From: an uncultured Gemmatimonadales bacterium
Lineage (GTDB): Bacteria; Gemmatimonadota; Gemmatimonadetes; Longimicrobiales; RSA9
Direction: 5' to 3'
Length of the DNA: 64,000 nt
NCBI GenBank assembly: GCA_963741945.1
Contig: CAVUKA010000008.1
Location: 32,001-96,000, forward strand
Below, piece by piece: positions 26,879 through 39,851 of the stretch (positions are counted from its first letter, which is position 1; every line of letters begins with the position of its first letter). Below the pieces are notes generated by a model. It saw only the letters and a program-made list of their open reading frames with translations. It had not been told where the DNA came from and searched no databases. A program made the translations under genes and the position numbers.

Positions 26879-29020
26879 ATGGCAGACAACACCACCGAAC
26901 AGCAGGCCCCCACCGCCACGGAAGAGGCGTCGAGCGCGGAGATGACCGCGGCCGAAGACGCGACGGTGCAGGCTGGCAATCCGCAGACGGCACTGGCCGA
27001 GCGCGAATTCACGCAGGACCAGATCGACCGTCGGGCGCGGGAAGTAGGCATCAAGCCCGAGCTCTTCGACGAGAACGAGTACAGCCTCGACGAGTACGAG
27101 GAAATGCTCGCGATGTACGAGGACACCCTCAAGGAGATCGAGGAGGGTGAGATCGTGCGGGCGCGGGTGCTCCGGGTGACGGAAAACGCCGTGATCCTGG
27201 ACGTCGGGTTCAAGAGCGAAGGCTCCGTCCCGAAGGATGAGTTCAGCGATCCCGACCAGCTGCAGCCGGACCAGGAGGTGGAGGTCTTCCTGGAGCGACT
27301 GGAGGATGATGAGGGGCGTGTGGTCCTGTCCAAGAAGAAGGCGGACTTCCTCCGCGTCTGGGACAAGATCAAGCAGGCGCACGAGGAGGATGAGGAGGTC
27401 CCGGGCATCCTGAAGCGGAAGATCAAGGGTGGGGTGACCGTGGACCTGATGGGCGTGGAGGCGTTCCTCCCCGGCTCGCAGATCGCGCTCCGCCGGGTCC
27501 CGAATGTCGAGGACCTGATCGGGAACAAGTACAGCTTCAAGATCATCAAGCTGAACAAGCGGCGTCGCAACATCGTGGTGAGCCGTCGGGTGATCCTGGA
27601 GGAGGAGCGGGAGAACAAGAAGAAGTACCTGGTGAAGGAGCTGATGGTCGGCCAGGTGCGCGAGGGCGTTGTGAAGAACGTGACGGACTTCGGCGCCTTC
27701 ATCGACCTGGGCGGGCTGGACGGGCTGCTGCACATCACGGATATGAGCTGGGGCCGTGTGGGCCACCCGTCGGAGATCGTCAACATCGGCGACTCCATCG
27801 ACGTCAAGGTCCTGGACATCGACTGGGATCGCGAGCGGATCTCGCTGGGCTTGAAGCAGCTCCTGCCGTATCCGTGGAAGGACGTGGTCGACAAGTACCC
27901 GGTGGGATCGCGCGTCATCGGGCGGGTGGTCTCCATCACGAACTACGGCGCCTTCGTGGAGCTGGAGAAGGGCGTCGAGGGGCTGGTCCACGTCAGCGAG
28001 ATGAGCTGGACGCGGAACATCAAGCACCCGTCCCAGATCGTCTCCATCGGCGACGAGATCGAGGCCGTGGTCCTGAAGGTGGACCGCGACGAGGAGAAGA
28101 TCTCGCTCGGCATGAAGCAGATCGAGGAGGACCCCTGGCTGGCGCTGCCGGTGAAGTATCCCACGGGCACGAAGGTGAAGGGCATCGTCCGGAACCTGAC
28201 CTCCTTCGGCGCGTTCGTGGAGATCGAGCCCGGCATCGACGGCCTGATCCACATCTCGGACATGAGCTGGACCAAGCGGATCCAGCACCCGTCCGAGGTG
28301 CTGCGCAAGGGCGAAGAGGTGGAGGTGATGGTGCTTGGCGTGGATGCGGAGAACAAACGTATCTCGCTGGGCTTGAAGCAGATGCAGGACGACCCCTGGT
28401 ACCGCCTGGTGGACCAGTACTCGCCTGGCGTGGAGACCTCGGGCACGGTGGCCCGCATTCTCGAGGATGGCGCGGTGGTGGACCTCGGGGGTGACGTGGA
28501 AGGGTTCGTCCCGGTGAGCCAGCTCCCCGGCAACGTCCGCGAGGCCGGGGATGCCGTCCAGGAAGGCCAGAGCGTGGATCTGCGCGTGCTGGAGTCGGAC
28601 GCCGTGAACCGCCGGATCGTCCTGGCGGTGACGGAGATCCACCCGGTCGAGGGTGGCGCCGAAGCTGAAGCCGAGGGTGGCGCAGAAGCCGAGGGTGGCG
28701 CAGAAGCCGAGGGTGGCGCAGAAGCCGAGGGTGGCGCTGAAGCCGAAGCCGAGAGTGGCGCTGAAGCCGAAGCCGAATCCGAGGTCGAGGCGGAAGCTGC
28801 CACCGAGGTCGAGGCCGAAGCCAGCACGGAGGTCGAGGCGGAGGGTGAGACCGAAGCCGAAGCCGAGGGTGGTGCGGACGTGGAGGCGGAGGCGGAAGCC
28901 GAAGAGCCGGCGGACGCGGCCGCTCCGGAGCCGACCGGCACGGAGGCGCCGTCCGAAGCGACCGCGGAAGCGGAGGCGCCGGAGCCGGAGCCGGTGGAGG
29001 AGTCCGAAGAGGAGAAGTAG
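26879..29020 (+). CDS. rpsA: 30S ribosomal protein S1 with a long acidic C-terminal tail
   Basis: Repeated S1 domains (DVGFKSEG, AFLPGSQI, FGAFIDLGGLDGLLHITD, YGAFVE, FGAFVE); typical cmk-rpsA order. Confidence 0.97.
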   Translation: MADNTTEQQAPTATEEASSAEMTAAEDATVQAGNPQTALAEREFTQDQIDRRAREVGIKPELFDENEYSLDEYEEMLAMYEDTLKEIEEGEIVRARVLRVTENAVILDVGFKSEGSVPKDEFSDPDQLQPDQEVEVFLERLEDDEGRVVLSKKKADFLRVWDKIKQAHEEDEEVPGILKRKIKGGVTVDLMGVEAFLPGSQIALRRVPNVEDLIGNKYSFKIIKLNKRRRNIVVSRRVILEEERENKKKYLVKELMVGQVREGVVKNVTDFGAFIDLGGLDGLLHITDMSWGRVGHPSEIVNIGDSIDVKVLDIDWDRERISLGLKQLLPYPWKDVVDKYPVGSRVIGRVVSITNYGAFVELEKGVEGLVHVSEMSWTRNIKHPSQIVSIGDEIEAVVLKVDRDEEKISLGMKQIEEDPWLALPVKYPTGTKVKGIVRNLTSFGAFVEIEPGIDGLIHISDMSWTKRIQHPSEVLRKGEEVEVMVLGVDAENKRISLGLKQMQDDPWYRLVDQYSPGVETSGTVARILEDGAVVDLGGDVEGFVPVSQLPGNVREAGDAVQEGQSVDLRVLESDAVNRRIVLAVTEIHPVEGGAEAEAEGGAEAEGGAEAEGGAEAEGGAEAEAESGAEAEAESEVEAEAATEVEAEASTEVEAEGETEAEAEGGADVEAEAEAEEPADAAAPEPTGTEAPSEATAEAEAPEPEPVEESEEEK
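28649..28774 (+). repeat. in-frame 18/24-bp tandem repeat encoding EGGAEA(EA)
   Basis: Three exact GAGGGTGGCGCAGAAGCC units (28673-28726) flanked by 24-bp variants. Confidence 0.9.
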
Positions 29021-29043
29021 CTCTCTTCGTTGCTCTGGAGAGT

Positions 29044-29080
29044 GGGGGAGGCGGGTCCGTGTGGCCCGCCTCCCTTTTTT
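29044..29080 (+). terminator. intrinsic terminator after rpsA
   Basis: GGGAGGCGGGTC-loop-GGCCCGCCTCCC followed by TTTTTT. Confidence 0.85.
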
Positions 29081-29155
29081 CGTCGGCGTTACGCGGGTAG
29101 TTTCCCGCGACCGATGGAGCGCGAACGCAGCAGATCGAGGAGAGGCTTGAGCCGA

Positions 29156-30712
29156 ATGATGATGCTGGCCGCCGCGACCCTGGTGGTGGCGCTAGCCTGC
29201 TCTGTGGGCGAGCCTGCCGCGGGTGGACGGCCGGAGCCGGACACCCGCAGCGCCGGTGCCGTGGACACGGCGGCGGCCGAGAGGGTGGCCACGCCGAACG
29301 ATGTCCGGGCGGCAGCGTCGCTGCTGGAACGGGCCGGGGCCGCGTACGAGCACGCCGCCCTGGACTCGGCGCTGGAGTTCGCCAGCCGGGTGATGGTGAC
29401 GTACGGCGGCACGCCCGCGGCGGCCGAAGCTCGCTGGGTCGCGGCCCGGGCCGCGTTCTCCCTCGGCCGGTACGCGGAAGCGCGCACGCTCGCGGAACGC
29501 TACGCCGATGATCGGGGCGTGCGGGAAGGAGCCGCGGATACGGCCAGAACGCTGGCCACGCTCGCCGGTGACGCCATGCAGCCGCCGACGGGCCCCGCCG
29601 TTGTGGGCGCCGTGCTTCCCCGGACCGGATCCCGGATCCTGGTTCGCTACGCCGACTGGGTTCTGGACGGCATTCGGCTGGCCGTACAGGAAGCCGAGCG
29701 GAGGCAGGGCCGCAGAATCGAGCTCGTGGTGGCGGACGACGCGGGCGGCGCCCGCACCCGGGAGGCGATGGCGGAAGTGGAGGGCCGCGGCGCGGTTGCG
29801 GTGGTCGGTCCCCTGATGCCGCAGCAGCTATCGGTGGCGGCGGGGGCCCGCCGGGATGACCGCATGGTGCTGGTGAGTCCGACCATTCCCGTCCTGGCGG
29901 TTCGGCCGCCGAGGACGTACACGATCAGCGGCAGCGACGTACGCGGAGCCGAGGACCTGGGGCAGTACGCCGCGCAGCTCTCGCTCGGTCGCGCGGCGGT
30001 GCTCTACCTGAACACACCGGAGTTCCAGGCCCAGGCCCGCGCGTTCGCGCTGGGGTTCGGGGAGGGCGGCGGGCGGGTGGTTGCGTCGGTCCCCTACGAT
30101 TCGGGGACGACCACGTTCGGCGAGCATTTCGACCGTGTCCTGAATGCCGTGGGCGCCCAGGCCGGGTCTCGTCCCTTCGCGCTCTTCGTGGCCTCGCCGG
30201 CGCGCGACGTCCCGCAGATCGCGCCACAGGTCTCCTTCTACGGGCTCGACTCGCTCGGCGTCCAGGTGCTCGGCGGCGACAGCTGGACGGGGGCGGCCGT
30301 CCGGCGCATCGTGCCGGCCCGCGACCTGGAAGGCGTGCTCGCCGTCTCGCACTTTCCGCCCGGCCAGGCGGACGGATTGGCCAGCCCGTCGTTCGTTCGC
30401 CTCTACGAGGACACGTATCGCCACTCGCTCAACAACCAGCTTCCCGCCCTCGGCTACGACGCGGCGAATCTCGTGCTGCAGGCGCTGCCGGGCCGCGATC
30501 TCACGCCTGAGATGACGGCAAGGCGATTCGACTTCCTGGCGGGCGTCGCGGGCGCCACGGGGGTTCTGTCCGTCCGCGATGGTCAGGTGATCCACACTCC
30601 GTACCTGGTGGCGATCCACGACGGCGAGCTGGTGACAGCGCCGGCGCCGTGGGAGTACGGGGCGCCCGGGTCAGGGAGGCCGCCGGACACCATGGGGGGA
30701 TCGGCGCCATGA
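29156..30712 (+). CDS. lipoprotein with an N-terminal TPR-like region and a periplasmic-binding-protein type I domain (LpoA/LivJ-like)
   Basis: Lipobox VALAC, helical A/R-rich N-terminus, [22 protein letters not shown]; start uncertain (29114-29162). Confidence 0.7.
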   Translation: MMMLAAATLVVALACSVGEPAAGGRPEPDTRSAGAVDTAAAERVATPNDVRAAASLLERAGAAYEHAALDSALEFASRVMVTYGGTPAAAEARWVAARAAFSLGRYAEARTLAERYADDRGVREGAADTARTLATLAGDAMQPPTGPAVVGAVLPRTGSRILVRYADWVLDGIRLAVQEAERRQGRRIELVVADDAGGARTREAMAEVEGRGAVAVVGPLMPQQLSVAAGARRDDRMVLVSPTIPVLAVRPPRTYTISGSDVRGAEDLGQYAAQLSLGRAAVLYLNTPEFQAQARAFALGFGEGGGRVVASVPYDSGTTTFGEHFDRVLNAVGAQAGSRPFALFVASPARDVPQIAPQVSFYGLDSLGVQVLGGDSWTGAAVRRIVPARDLEGVLAVSHFPPGQADGLASPSFVRLYEDTYRHSLNNQLPALGYDAANLVLQALPGRDLTPEMTARRFDFLAGVAGATGVLSVRDGQVIHTPYLVAIHDGELVTAPAPWEYGAPGSGRPPDTMGGSAP

Positions 30713-32259
30713 GCATGCGAGAGAAAGTCAAGGCACTCGAGGAGCTGCGGCGGAAATCGAAGCTCGGGGGTGGCGAGGGTCGCCTGCGGGCCCAGCACGA
30801 CCGCGGGAAGCTCTCCGCGCGGGAACGACTCGAGCTCCTGCTGGACGAGGACAGCTTTGTGGAGCTCGATCGCTTCGTCACGCACCGGACCACGGGCTTC
30901 GGCCTGGAAGACCAGAAGTATCTCGGGGACGGGGTGGTGACCGGCTACGGGTCCATCCACGGCCGCCTGGTTTACGTCTTCAGCCAGGACTTCACCGTCT
31001 TCGGCGGGTCGCTGTCGGAAGCCCACGCCGAGAAGATCGTGAAAGTCCAGGAGCTGGCGCTGAAGAACGGCGCGCCGTTGGTCGGGCTGAACGACAGCGG
31101 TGGCGCCCGGATCCAGGAGGGCGTGGTCAGCCTGGGCGGCTATGCCGACATCTTCCTGCGCAACACCCTGGCATCGGGCGTGGTGCCGCAGATCAGCGCG
31201 ATCCTGGGGCCGTGCGCGGGCGGCGCGGTGTACTCGCCGGCCATCACCGACTTCGTCTACATGGTGCGGGGAACGAGCTACATGTTCGTGACCGGGCCGA
31301 ACGTGGTGAAGACGGTCACGCACGAGGACATCGACATGGAGGGTCTCGGCGGCGCCGACGTGCACGCGGGGACCTCCGGCGTGGCGCACTTCGTTCACGA
31401 CTCCGAGATGGAGGCGCTGGAAGCGGTGCGGCGACTTTTCGACTACATCCCGCAGAACAATCGGGAGGACCCGCCCCTCGGGCCGGCGGACGACCCGTTC
31501 GATCGCCAGGATGAAGAGCTGCTGGACGTGGTTCCGGACGAGCCCACGAAACCGTACGACATCCACGACGTGATCCGGCGCGTGGTGGACGACGGCGACT
31601 TCTACGCGGTGCATGCCGAGTACGCCCAGAACATCGTGGTGGGATTCGCGCACCTGGGCGGCCGGAGCGTGGGGATCGTCGCGAACCAGCCGGCCGTGCT
31701 GGCGGGCGTGCTGGACATCAACAGCTCGGACAAGGGCGCCCGGTTCGTCCGCTTCTGCGACGCGTTCAACATCCCGCTGGTGGTCTTCGAAGACGTCCCG
31801 GGCTTCCTCCCCGGCGTGACGCAGGAGCACGGCGGGATCATCCGCCATGGCGCGAAGCTGCTGTTCGCGTTCTCGGAAGCCACGGTGCCGAAGATCACCG
31901 TGATCACCCGCAAGGCGTATGGCGGGGCGTACGACGTCATGAACTCGAAGCACGTCCGCGGCGACATCAACCTGGCGTGGCCCACGGCCGAGATCGCGGT
32001 CATGGGGCCGAAGGGCGCCGTCGAGATCCTGTTCCGGAAGCAGATCGCCGAGGCCGATGACCCGCAAGCGGAGGCCGCGGCGAAGGAAGCGGAGTACCGT
32101 GAGCGGTTCGCCCATCCCTACATCGCGGCGGCGCGTGGGTACGTGGACGACGTGATCGATCCGCGCGAGACCCGGCCTCGCCTGATCAGCGCCCTGGACA
32201 TGCTGCGGGACAAGCGCGACGAGAATCCGTGGAAGAAGCACGGGAACATCCCGCTGTGA
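30709..32259 (+). CDS. pccB: acyl-CoA (propionyl/methylmalonyl-CoA) carboxyltransferase beta subunit
   Basis: [55 protein letters not shown]. Confidence 0.92.
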   Translation: MSMREKVKALEELRRKSKLGGGEGRLRAQHDRGKLSARERLELLLDEDSFVELDRFVTHRTTGFGLEDQKYLGDGVVTGYGSIHGRLVYVFSQDFTVFGGSLSEAHAEKIVKVQELALKNGAPLVGLNDSGGARIQEGVVSLGGYADIFLRNTLASGVVPQISAILGPCAGGAVYSPAITDFVYMVRGTSYMFVTGPNVVKTVTHEDIDMEGLGGADVHAGTSGVAHFVHDSEMEALEAVRRLFDYIPQNNREDPPLGPADDPFDRQDEELLDVVPDEPTKPYDIHDVIRRVVDDGDFYAVHAEYAQNIVVGFAHLGGRSVGIVANQPAVLAGVLDINSSDKGARFVRFCDAFNIPLVVFEDVPGFLPGVTQEHGGIIRHGAKLLFAFSEATVPKITVITRKAYGGAYDVMNSKHVRGDINLAWPTAEIAVMGPKGAVEILFRKQIAEADDPQAEAAAKEAEYRERFAHPYIAAARGYVDDVIDPRETRPRLISALDMLRDKRDENPWKKHGNIPL

Positions 32260-33752
32260 TCACCCGCGTGCTGGTCGCGAACCGGGGCGAGATCGCGCTC
32301 CGGGTCATCCGCGCTTGCCGCGAGCTGGGCGTGGAGAGCGTGGCCGTCTATTCCGACGCGGACCGCCTGGCTCCCCATGTCCTCGCGGCCGACCAGGCCG
32401 TCCGGATCGGACCGCCGCCCGCCGCCGAGAGCTATCTCCTGGGGGAGCGGCTCGTCGCAGCGGCGCTCGAGCGAGGGTGCGACGCCGTCCACCCGGGCTA
32501 TGGCTTCCTGGCCGAACGCGCCCCGTTCGCCCGGGCGGTGGAGGACGCGGGTCTCGTCTTCATCGGCCCGCCCGCCCACGCCATCGAGGCCATGGGTGAC
32601 AAGACGCGGGCGCGCCAGGCCATGCGGGAAGCCGGCGTGCCGGTGGTGCCGGGGACCACGGAAGCGCTGCGCGACGCCGCCCACGCCGCCACTGTGGCCG
32701 CCGACATCGGCTTCCCCATCATGCTGAAGGCGGCCGCGGGCGGGGGTGGGAAGGGGATGCGGGTGGTGCGCGAGGCCGGCGAGCTCACTGCGGCATTCGG
32801 GGCCGCGTCGCGGGAAGCCAGGTCGTCGTTCGGCGACGACAGCGTCTACATCGAGAAGTTCCTGGAGGGCCCGCGGCACATCGAGATCCAGGTCCTCGCG
32901 GACGTCCATGGTCACGTGATCCATCTCGGCGAGCGCGAATGCTCGATCCAGCGGCGCCACCAGAAGATGATCGAGGAGTGCCCGTCGGCTGCCATCACGC
33001 CGGAGCTCCGGGCCGCCATGGGCGAGGCCGCGGTGGCGGCCGCGCGGGCGGTGGACTACCGGAACGCGGGTACGGTGGAGTTCCTGTTCCGGGACGGGGA
33101 GTACTACTTCCTCGAGATGAACACGCGGATCCAGGTGGAGCACCCGGTCACGGAGCTGGTCACCGGCATCGACCTGGTCCAGTGGCAGATCCGGGTGTCG
33201 AATGGTGAGCCGCTCGCGTTCGCGCAGGAAGATGTCCGCTGGACCGGGCATGCCATCGAGTGCCGCATCACCAGCGAGGACCCGGCGAACGGCTTCCTGC
33301 CTTCGAGCGGCCGCGTGGATCGGCTGCACATTCCATCGGGCCCCGGCGTGCGCTGGGATGGCGGGGTGGAGGAGGGCGACCAGGTGTCGCTCTTCTACGA
33401 TCCCATGCTCGCCAAGCTCATCGTCCACGCACCCTCCCGTGACCTCGCCATCGCGCGCATGCTGCGGGCGCTCGGCGAGCTGCGCGTGGTCGGCGTCGAG
33501 ACCAGCGCCCCGTTCCACCGACGGGTGCTGCGGGAAGCGGACTTCGGCGCGGGGCGCATCGACATACGCTACATCGAGCGGCACCCGGATCTCCTGAACG
33601 GCGAGCCGAACGGGCAGTCGCTCCGGGTCTCCGCGCTCGCCGCCGCCCTGCTCGCCGAAGAGGAGCGGGAGCGACGCTCCGTGAGTCGCGTGGATTCCGC
33701 GACCGACGGCGAGCAGCGGCGGTCACGGTGGCGGGACACGGGCTGGCGTTGA
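32256..33752 (+). CDS. accC: biotin carboxylase subunit
   Basis: [63 protein letters not shown]. Confidence 0.93.
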   Translation: MITRVLVANRGEIALRVIRACRELGVESVAVYSDADRLAPHVLAADQAVRIGPPPAAESYLLGERLVAAALERGCDAVHPGYGFLAERAPFARAVEDAGLVFIGPPAHAIEAMGDKTRARQAMREAGVPVVPGTTEALRDAAHAATVAADIGFPIMLKAAAGGGGKGMRVVREAGELTAAFGAASREARSSFGDDSVYIEKFLEGPRHIEIQVLADVHGHVIHLGERECSIQRRHQKMIEECPSAAITPELRAAMGEAAVAAARAVDYRNAGTVEFLFRDGEYYFLEMNTRIQVEHPVTELVTGIDLVQWQIRVSNGEPLAFAQEDVRWTGHAIECRITSEDPANGFLPSSGRVDRLHIPSGPGVRWDGGVEEGDQVSLFYDPMLAKLIVHAPSRDLAIARMLRALGELRVVGVETSAPFHRRVLREADFGAGRIDIRYIERHPDLLNGEPNGQSLRVSALAAALLAEEERERRSVSRVDSATDGEQRRSRWRDTGWR

Positions 33753-33833
33753 GCGGCGGAAAATGCCTGTGCCACCTTGTACTTTGCGGCGGTGGCCCCT
33801 ACTCTGAGAAGCGCTTCCACTTCAGGAACGGCA

Positions 33834-34355
33834 GTGAATCCCACTGAATCGAACGCGCCGCAGCGGCTGCGGATCTTCCTTCGGGACCATCGCGTCCTCG
33901 ACGCCAGTGCCCGTGTTCCCGAGGGCCAGTCGCTGGCCATGTATCTGGCCAGCCGGAGCCGTTATGTGAATCTGACGGCTGTGGACTGGGTGGGGACAGG
34001 CTCGGCCGTGCCGCACATGGCGCTCAAGGTGGACCACGTCCTGTGGGTCTCCTCCGAGGACGGGACTCTCCCGCTCACGGCCGCCATGGCCGGGGCCACG
34101 GCGAGACGCGTTCAGGTGGAGCTGGAGGGTGGATACCTCCTCGCGGCCGGGCTGCTGCTCATCGAGAACCAGCGGCTCACCGATTATCTCCATTCGGCGC
34201 CCCCGTTCATCCCGCTCCGCGACGCGGAGCTGCGGCCGCGCCGCCGGCCGCTGGGCGACATCGCGGTGAACCAGGGGGCGATCCAGCTGGTGCGAGAGAT
34301 CCGGGCGGAAGCAGCCGGCGACGCGCTGCGCGGGTCCGCGCCGGGCGGTCGCTGA
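33834..34355 (+). CDS. hypothetical protein with two tandem similar domains
   Basis: Protein-like ORF with an AGGA RBS before the GTG; the two halves share an (S/R)LxxYL...(Y/F)(V/I)xLxx pattern. Confidence 0.7.
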   Translation: MNPTESNAPQRLRIFLRDHRVLDASARVPEGQSLAMYLASRSRYVNLTAVDWVGTGSAVPHMALKVDHVLWVSSEDGTLPLTAAMAGATARRVQVELEGGYLLAAGLLLIENQRLTDYLHSAPPFIPLRDAELRPRRRPLGDIAVNQGAIQLVREIRAEAAGDALRGSAPGGR

Positions 34356-34386
34356 ACCCCGCGCTGAACTGCGGGTATCTTCCGGC

Positions 34387-34629
34387 ATGCGCATTCGTGC
34401 ACTGTTCTTCGCGACCTATCGCGACCTGGCCGGCGCCGAAGAGGTCTCCCTCGATCTCCCGGCGGGGGCCACGGCCGCGGACCTGGTTCGTCGGCTGCGC
34501 GGCATGGCCGACCTGGCGCGCCTGCCGGCGGAGCCGGTGGTGGCGGTGAATCAGGAATACGCCAGCCTCTCGGCGCCGCTCTCGGATGGCGACGAAGTCG
34601 CGCTCCTTCCGCCGGTGGCAGGCGGGTGA
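34387..34629 (+). CDS. moaD: molybdopterin synthase sulfur carrier
   Basis: Ubiquitin-like, 80 aa, AVNQEY, ends in PPVAGG. Confidence 0.95.
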   Translation: MRIRALFFATYRDLAGAEEVSLDLPAGATAADLVRRLRGMADLARLPAEPVVAVNQEYASLSAPLSDGDEVALLPPVAGG

Positions 34630-35072
34630 CCGTCGTCGCCCGGATCACTGCCGCCCCCATCGACCCGGCGGCCGTGCTGGCGGACGTGGGTGACCGCGCC
34701 GACGGCGCCATGCTCCTGTTCCTCGGCACCGTGCGGGACCACAACGATGGGAGGCCGGTGAGCGGGGTCGGCTACAGCGCCTACGAAGACATGGCCCGCA
34801 ACGTGCTCACCGTCATTGCCCACGAAGCGGCCCGACGGCTCGGGACCGACCGGCTGACCGTGCTGCACCGGATCGGGGACTTGGGCATTGGTGACGTGAG
34901 CGTGGCGATCGTCGCGTCCAGTCCCCACCGCGCCGAATCGTTCGACGCCGTCCGCTACGTCATCGAGGAGATCAAGACGCGACTCCCGGTCTGGAAACGC
35001 GAGCACTACCTGGAAGGGGAATCGCGGTGGATCGGGGGCGCCACACCGAACGCGGAGGCCGCAGGTGAGTAA
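34626..35072 (+). CDS. moaE: molybdopterin synthase catalytic subunit
   Basis: FLGTVRDHN, HRIGDL, SPHR, PVWKRE. Confidence 0.95.
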   Translation: MTVVARITAAPIDPAAVLADVGDRADGAMLLFLGTVRDHNDGRPVSGVGYSAYEDMARNVLTVIAHEAARRLGTDRLTVLHRIGDLGIGDVSVAIVASSPHRAESFDAVRYVIEEIKTRLPVWKREHYLEGESRWIGGATPNAEAAGE

Positions 35073-36060
35073 CCCGCCAATGCGCGACCAGTTCGGCCGC
35101 CGCATCGAGTACCTGCGGATCTCGGTGACGGACAAGTGCAACCTCCGGTGCGTCTACTGCATGCCGTTGCGCGGGCTCCCCTGGCTGAAGCGCTCCGAGC
35201 TGCTGTCCTACGAGGAGATCCGGGACATCATCGCCGTCATGGCCCCCATGGGCCTGCGGCGCGTCCGGATCACGGGCGGCGAGCCACTGGTCCGGCGTGA
35301 CGTCACGCGCCTCGTCGAGATGCTCGCTGCCATCCCGGGCATCGAGGATCTGGCTCTGTCCACCAACGCGGTCCTCCTCGGCGAGATGGCCGACGAGCTC
35401 CGCGACGCCGGACTGAACCGCGTCAATATCTCCCTCGACTCGCTCCGCCCCGACCGCGTCAATGCCATTGCCCGCAGACCCGGCTCGTTCCGGCAGATCA
35501 TGCAGGGGCTGGCCGCGGCCGAGCGCGTGGGGCTGGATCCCATCAAAGTCAACGTGGTGGTCATGCGCGGCCGGAACGACGATGAGATCGCCGACTTCGC
35601 CCGCCTCACGCTCGACCGGCCGTTGCACGTCCGGTTCATCGAAGTCATGCCCGTGGGGGAGAACCTGGAGGTCTCCGCCAGGCAGTACGTGCCCGCCCCG
35701 GAGATTCTGGAGCGCGTCCGGGAGATCGGTGAGATCCAGCCCGGTGTCGGTCCGCTGGGGAACGGCCCGGCCACGTACTTCCGCTTCCCGGGAGGCGCCG
35801 GCTCGGTGGGCGTGATCACGCCCATGAGCCACAACTATTGCGAGACGTGCAACCGCATGCGTCTGAGCGCCGACGGGCGGCTGCGCCCCTGCCTCTTCGG
35901 TGACCTCCACGTGGGCCTCCGCGACCCCCTCCGCGCTGGACAGCCCATCGAGCCGCTCGTTCGCGAGGCGCTCCACATCAAGCCCGAGCGCCACCACCTG
36001 GTCCGGGGCAGCGACCATGGCTCCGGCGGTCTCCTCGCCCTCTCGCAGATCGGCGGCTGA
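35065..36060 (+). CDS. moaA: GTP 3',8-cyclase
   Basis: YLRISVTDKCNLRCVYCMP, RITGGEP, CETCNRMR, PCL, C-terminal IGG. Confidence 0.97.
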   Translation: MSNPPMRDQFGRRIEYLRISVTDKCNLRCVYCMPLRGLPWLKRSELLSYEEIRDIIAVMAPMGLRRVRITGGEPLVRRDVTRLVEMLAAIPGIEDLALSTNAVLLGEMADELRDAGLNRVNISLDSLRPDRVNAIARRPGSFRQIMQGLAAAERVGLDPIKVNVVVMRGRNDDEIADFARLTLDRPLHVRFIEVMPVGENLEVSARQYVPAPEILERVREIGEIQPGVGPLGNGPATYFRFPGGAGSVGVITPMSHNYCETCNRMRLSADGRLRPCLFGDLHVGLRDPLRAGQPIEPLVREALHIKPERHHLVRGSDHGSGGLLALSQIGG

Positions 36061-36223
36061 CGCGCCCCTCGACGCTCACGGCAGCTCCGGTCGCCTCCGC
36101 CCCCAACCGGCCCCAACCGCCCCGTCCACCGCACCCCACGCTCCGGCCCCGGTCGACGCGCAGGTCGGACCCCCCGTTCGCCGGCCCCGCATCCCCGCCC
36201 ACCTGTCTACCCGCCGCCGTTCG

Positions 36224-36252
36224 TTGACACCCGGTTACGGCGTTCCTACGTT
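36224..36252 (+). promoter_or_regulatory. sigma70-type promoter of mdh-sdh
   Basis: TTGACA-17 nt-TACGTT. Confidence 0.7.
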
Positions 36253-36294
36253 GCCCGCGCTGGTCCCAATTTCCATGTGGAAAAGGCGAGAACC

Positions 36295-37221
36295 ATGGTT
36301 GGCAAGATAACGGTGGTAGGTGCGGGCCACGTCGGCGCAACCGCCGCCCAGGGCATCGCGCGTCGTCACCTCGCCCGCGAAGTGGTGATGGTCGACATCG
36401 CGGAGGGGATCCCCCAGGGCAAGGGGCTGGACATGTACGAGTCCGCCCCCATTGAAGGCTTTGACGCGCGTGTGATTGGCGCGAACGACTACGAGCCGTC
36501 CGCTGGCTCCGAGATCGTCATCATCACGGCGGGCATCGCGCGCAAGCCCGGCATGAGCCGGGACGATCTGCTCAAGACGAATGCCGGCATCGTCCGGGAA
36601 GTCTCGGAGAACGTGAAGCGCACGTCGCCGGACGCGATCATCATCATGGTTTCCAACCCGCTGGACGTGATGGCCTACGTCGCCAAGGAGACCACCGGCT
36701 TCCCGCGCGAGCGGGTGATCGGTATGGCGGGGGTGCTGGACACCGCTCGCTTCCGCACGTTCCTCTCCATGGAGATGGATGTGAGCGTGGAAGACATCCA
36801 GGCGCTGGTGCTCGGCGGCCACGGTGACAGCATGGTGCCCGTCGTCAGCATGACCACCGTCAGTGGGATCCCTGTCACGCACTTCATCAAGCCCGATCGG
36901 CTGGACGCGATCGTTGAGCGCACACGGAAGGGCGGCGGCGAGATCGTGGCGCACCTCAAGAGCGGCAGCGCCTACTACGCTCCCGGCGCGGCGTCCGCCC
37001 AGATGGCCGAGGCCATCGTGCTGGACAAGAAGCGGATCCTCCCGTGCGCTGCGTGGCTCGAAGGCGAGTACGGTGAGTCCGGGATCTTCCTGGGCGTCCC
37101 GTGCAAGCTGGGGCGGAACGGCCTCGAGGAGATCATCGAGGTTCAGCTGACCGACGACGAGAAGGCCGCGCTGTCGAAGAGCGCTGCGGCGGTGCGCGAG
37201 ACGATAGCCGCCCTGGGCTGA
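36295..37221 (+). CDS. mdh: malate dehydrogenase (LDH-like)
   Basis: [40 protein letters not shown]. Confidence 0.96.
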   Translation: MVGKITVVGAGHVGATAAQGIARRHLAREVVMVDIAEGIPQGKGLDMYESAPIEGFDARVIGANDYEPSAGSEIVIITAGIARKPGMSRDDLLKTNAGIVREVSENVKRTSPDAIIIMVSNPLDVMAYVAKETTGFPRERVIGMAGVLDTARFRTFLSMEMDVSVEDIQALVLGGHGDSMVPVVSMTTVSGIPVTHFIKPDRLDAIVERTRKGGGEIVAHLKSGSAYYAPGAASAQMAEAIVLDKKRILPCAAWLEGEYGESGIFLGVPCKLGRNGLEEIIEVQLTDDEKAALSKSAAAVRETIAALG

Positions 37222-37229
37222 GGGTAATC

Positions 37230-37927
37230 ATGTCCCAACCGGCGACCGCTGTCCCGATCCGGCAGACGTCCATCGGCAAGAAATTGCTGATGGCGTCTGC
37301 ATCGGTGATCCTCTTCCTCTTCATCGTCCTCCACCTCGCCGGGAACTTGAAGGTCTTCCTCGGTGCGGACGCGTTCAACCATTACGCGGAATGGCTCCGC
37401 ACCATGGGCGGGCCGCTGTTCCCCGCGGGCGCGGCGCTGTGGAGTGTACGGGTCATCCTCATCATCGCGCTCTTCGTGCACGTCTGGGAATACTACCTCC
37501 TCTGGTTGCGCAAGCGGCGGGCGCGCACCACGCGCTACCGGAAGTTCGATCCGCAGGTCTTCAGCTGGATGTCGCGCGCGATGATGTGGGGCGGGATCGC
37601 CATCGCCGCGTTCGTCGTGTTCCACCTGCTGCACCTGACCACCGGCACGATCCGGCCGGATCTCTCCTACCAGTTCCAGCGAGCGAATCCGTACGAGAAC
37701 GCCATCATGGGGTTCCACGTCTGGTGGGTGACGGGATTCTACTGCATCGGCGTCATCGCGCTCGGGATGCACCTGTACCATGGGCTCTGGAGCTTCACGC
37801 AGACGTTCGGGATCAACAATCCGAAATACAACCGCTACCGTCGGCCGACGGCGGCCGCGATCGCTATCGTGATCACGCTGGGATACCTGTCGATCCCGCT
37901 GTCCGTGGCGATGGGGGTGCTTTCCTG

Positions 37928-37928
<1 letters not shown>
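37230..37928 (+). CDS. sdhC: succinate dehydrogenase/fumarate reductase cytochrome b subunit (single-subunit type)
   Basis: [25 protein letters not shown]; about 5 TM with haem-ligand His. Confidence 0.93.
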
Positions 37929-39841
<1,913 letters not shown>

Positions 39842-39851
39842 AGGGACGCAC

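Noticed and set aside
28649-28774. CRISPR-like array
   Set aside because: The repeats are contiguous, in-frame within rpsA, have no unique spacers, and there are no cas genes.
34356-34386. Moco riboswitch before moaD
   Set aside because: The spacer is only about 30 bp, too short for the element.
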